A stretch of 60,999 nucleotides of DNA, the filler included, from Globobulimina sp. (Eukaryota): NCBI GenBank assembly GCA_003354225.1. It is 13 parts of 13 records of this genome, joined end to end, with 100 filler letters (N's around TTAATTAATTAA, not from the genome) between each part and the next. Parts side by side here need not be neighbours in the genome. Positions count along the whole stretch, not along the records: positions 56,406 to 60,999 come from PIVH01001085.1; 12 more parts are not named here. One strand, given 5' to 3'. Shown piece by piece: positions 60,289-60,999 of this stretch. The number at the start of each line of letters is the position of its first letter. The first letter of the stretch is position 1. The position numbers and the translations under genes were made by a program. The notes below the pieces were generated by a model that was not told the DNA's origin, ran no database searches, and worked only from the letters and a program-made list of their open reading frames with translations.

Positions 60289-60651
60289 TTTCGATTTAAT
60301 TGTGACAGACTACCTAATACCTATTGTCCTTTTCATTTTCATTTTCTTTCTTCTCTTTCCTTTCTGCATAAATTCGAAAATTGCAACAATCTGCAACCTG
60401 ACTTGCATGAGGTTTATTCATTGCTGTTAACGATTTGATCAAAGCATTTTACAAATTATCACGTTGTATTTTACAAATTGTTGGTTGGAATTTAATAATT
60501 ATTTGATTCTTATCACCACAACTAATTATTTGAATATCACATTAGCACTGATCCAAGTTACAAAACAAAGTGAACAAATAATTCAAATCGCTATTATTAG
60601 TGTTCTGTTTATATAATTAGATAATTATTGACAAAAAAATAAACTCTATTT

Positions 60652-60652
<1 letters not shown>

Positions 60653-60683
<31 letters not shown>

Positions 60684-60690
60684 TCACACA
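60653..60690. repeat. (CT)n then (CA)n microsatellite
   Basis: Directly visible. Confidence 0.9.
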
Positions 60691-60752
60691 ACCCCAACCA
60701 CTGTATTTCCGCGTAGCAAATTCAAAGAAACAAACAATTGCAAATTGATCAG

Positions 60753-60999
60753 ATGTCATATCCAAGTGATCATCCATCAATAACTGGTGATATAAATTTA
60801 ATTAAACATGATTCACCAAAGGATTCATCTGAATTAGAATGGTGGTATTTTAATGGACATTTTACTGGACATTTAAATGAGAATAATAATGATTTTTCAG
60901 TATTTCTTTGTTTTTTTCGTATTACTTCAAAACGAAAAAAATGTGGATATGCTTATGCAATCAAAATATCCATTTACAATAAAACCACAAATAAAGTTT
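60753..60999 (+). CDS. CrtC/AttH-like (lipocalin-fold hydratase) domain protein, 5' fragment; absent from the ORF track
   Basis: Open frame from ATG 60753 to the window end: MSYPSDHPSITGDINLIKHDSPKDSSELEWWYFNGH..FSVFLCFFR. Confidence 0.7.
   Translation, partial: MSYPSDHPSITGDINLIKHDSPKDSSELEWWYFNGHFTGHLNENNNDFSVFLCFFRITSKRKKCGYAYAIKISIYNKTTNKV

Noticed and set aside
1-60999. Alternative genetic code, tRNA or rRNA genes
   Set aside because: Conserved genes read through with the standard code and end in TAA, TAG or TGA; no RNA gene recognised by eye (tRNAscan-SE or Infernal would be needed to exclude them)

Overview
Not a contiguous locus: 13 unrelated contigs of about 4.6 kb, ordered by decreasing length and joined by artificial 100-nt spacers (N44-TTAATTAATTAA-N44), so nothing can be inferred across a spacer. 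The DNA is from an AT-rich, gene-dense eukaryote with the standard code and short (mostly 55-90 nt) GT-AG introns. The gene repertoire (HSPA12-type Hsp70, TRAF-type zinc fingers, orphan 7TM proteins, 7TM-RGS, PTxxPT-stalk surface proteins) suggests a foraminiferan/rhizarian (inference). Recognisable genes: HSPA12-like, importin-5, FKBP15-like, a DEAD-box fragment, EF-hand/WD40, ICMT-family, MFS, TRAPPC2L-like, eIF2-beta, a V8-like protease, TRAF-like, a ceruloplasmin-like oxidase, E2-UBL, thiolase, SPFH, chromate transporter, AP-1 mu, 7TM-RGS, CAP-Gly, VPS54 and a CrtC/AttH-like start. Mobile DNA: an APE-RT LINE, an intron-containing DDE (CxxH) transposase with a second ORF and foldback repeats, and a MITE. 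Most notable: (i) contig 28220-32818 has an exact 119-bp terminal repeat, and joining its ends rebuilds one TRAF-like gene (circle or tandem unit); (ii) the spliced transposon; (iii) an E2 with Cys->Ser fused to a ubiquitin lacking GG; (iv) several gene-fragment mosaics, including a bacterial S9 peptidase fragment joined to TRAPPC2L. All family calls are motif recognition by eye; no database search was run.
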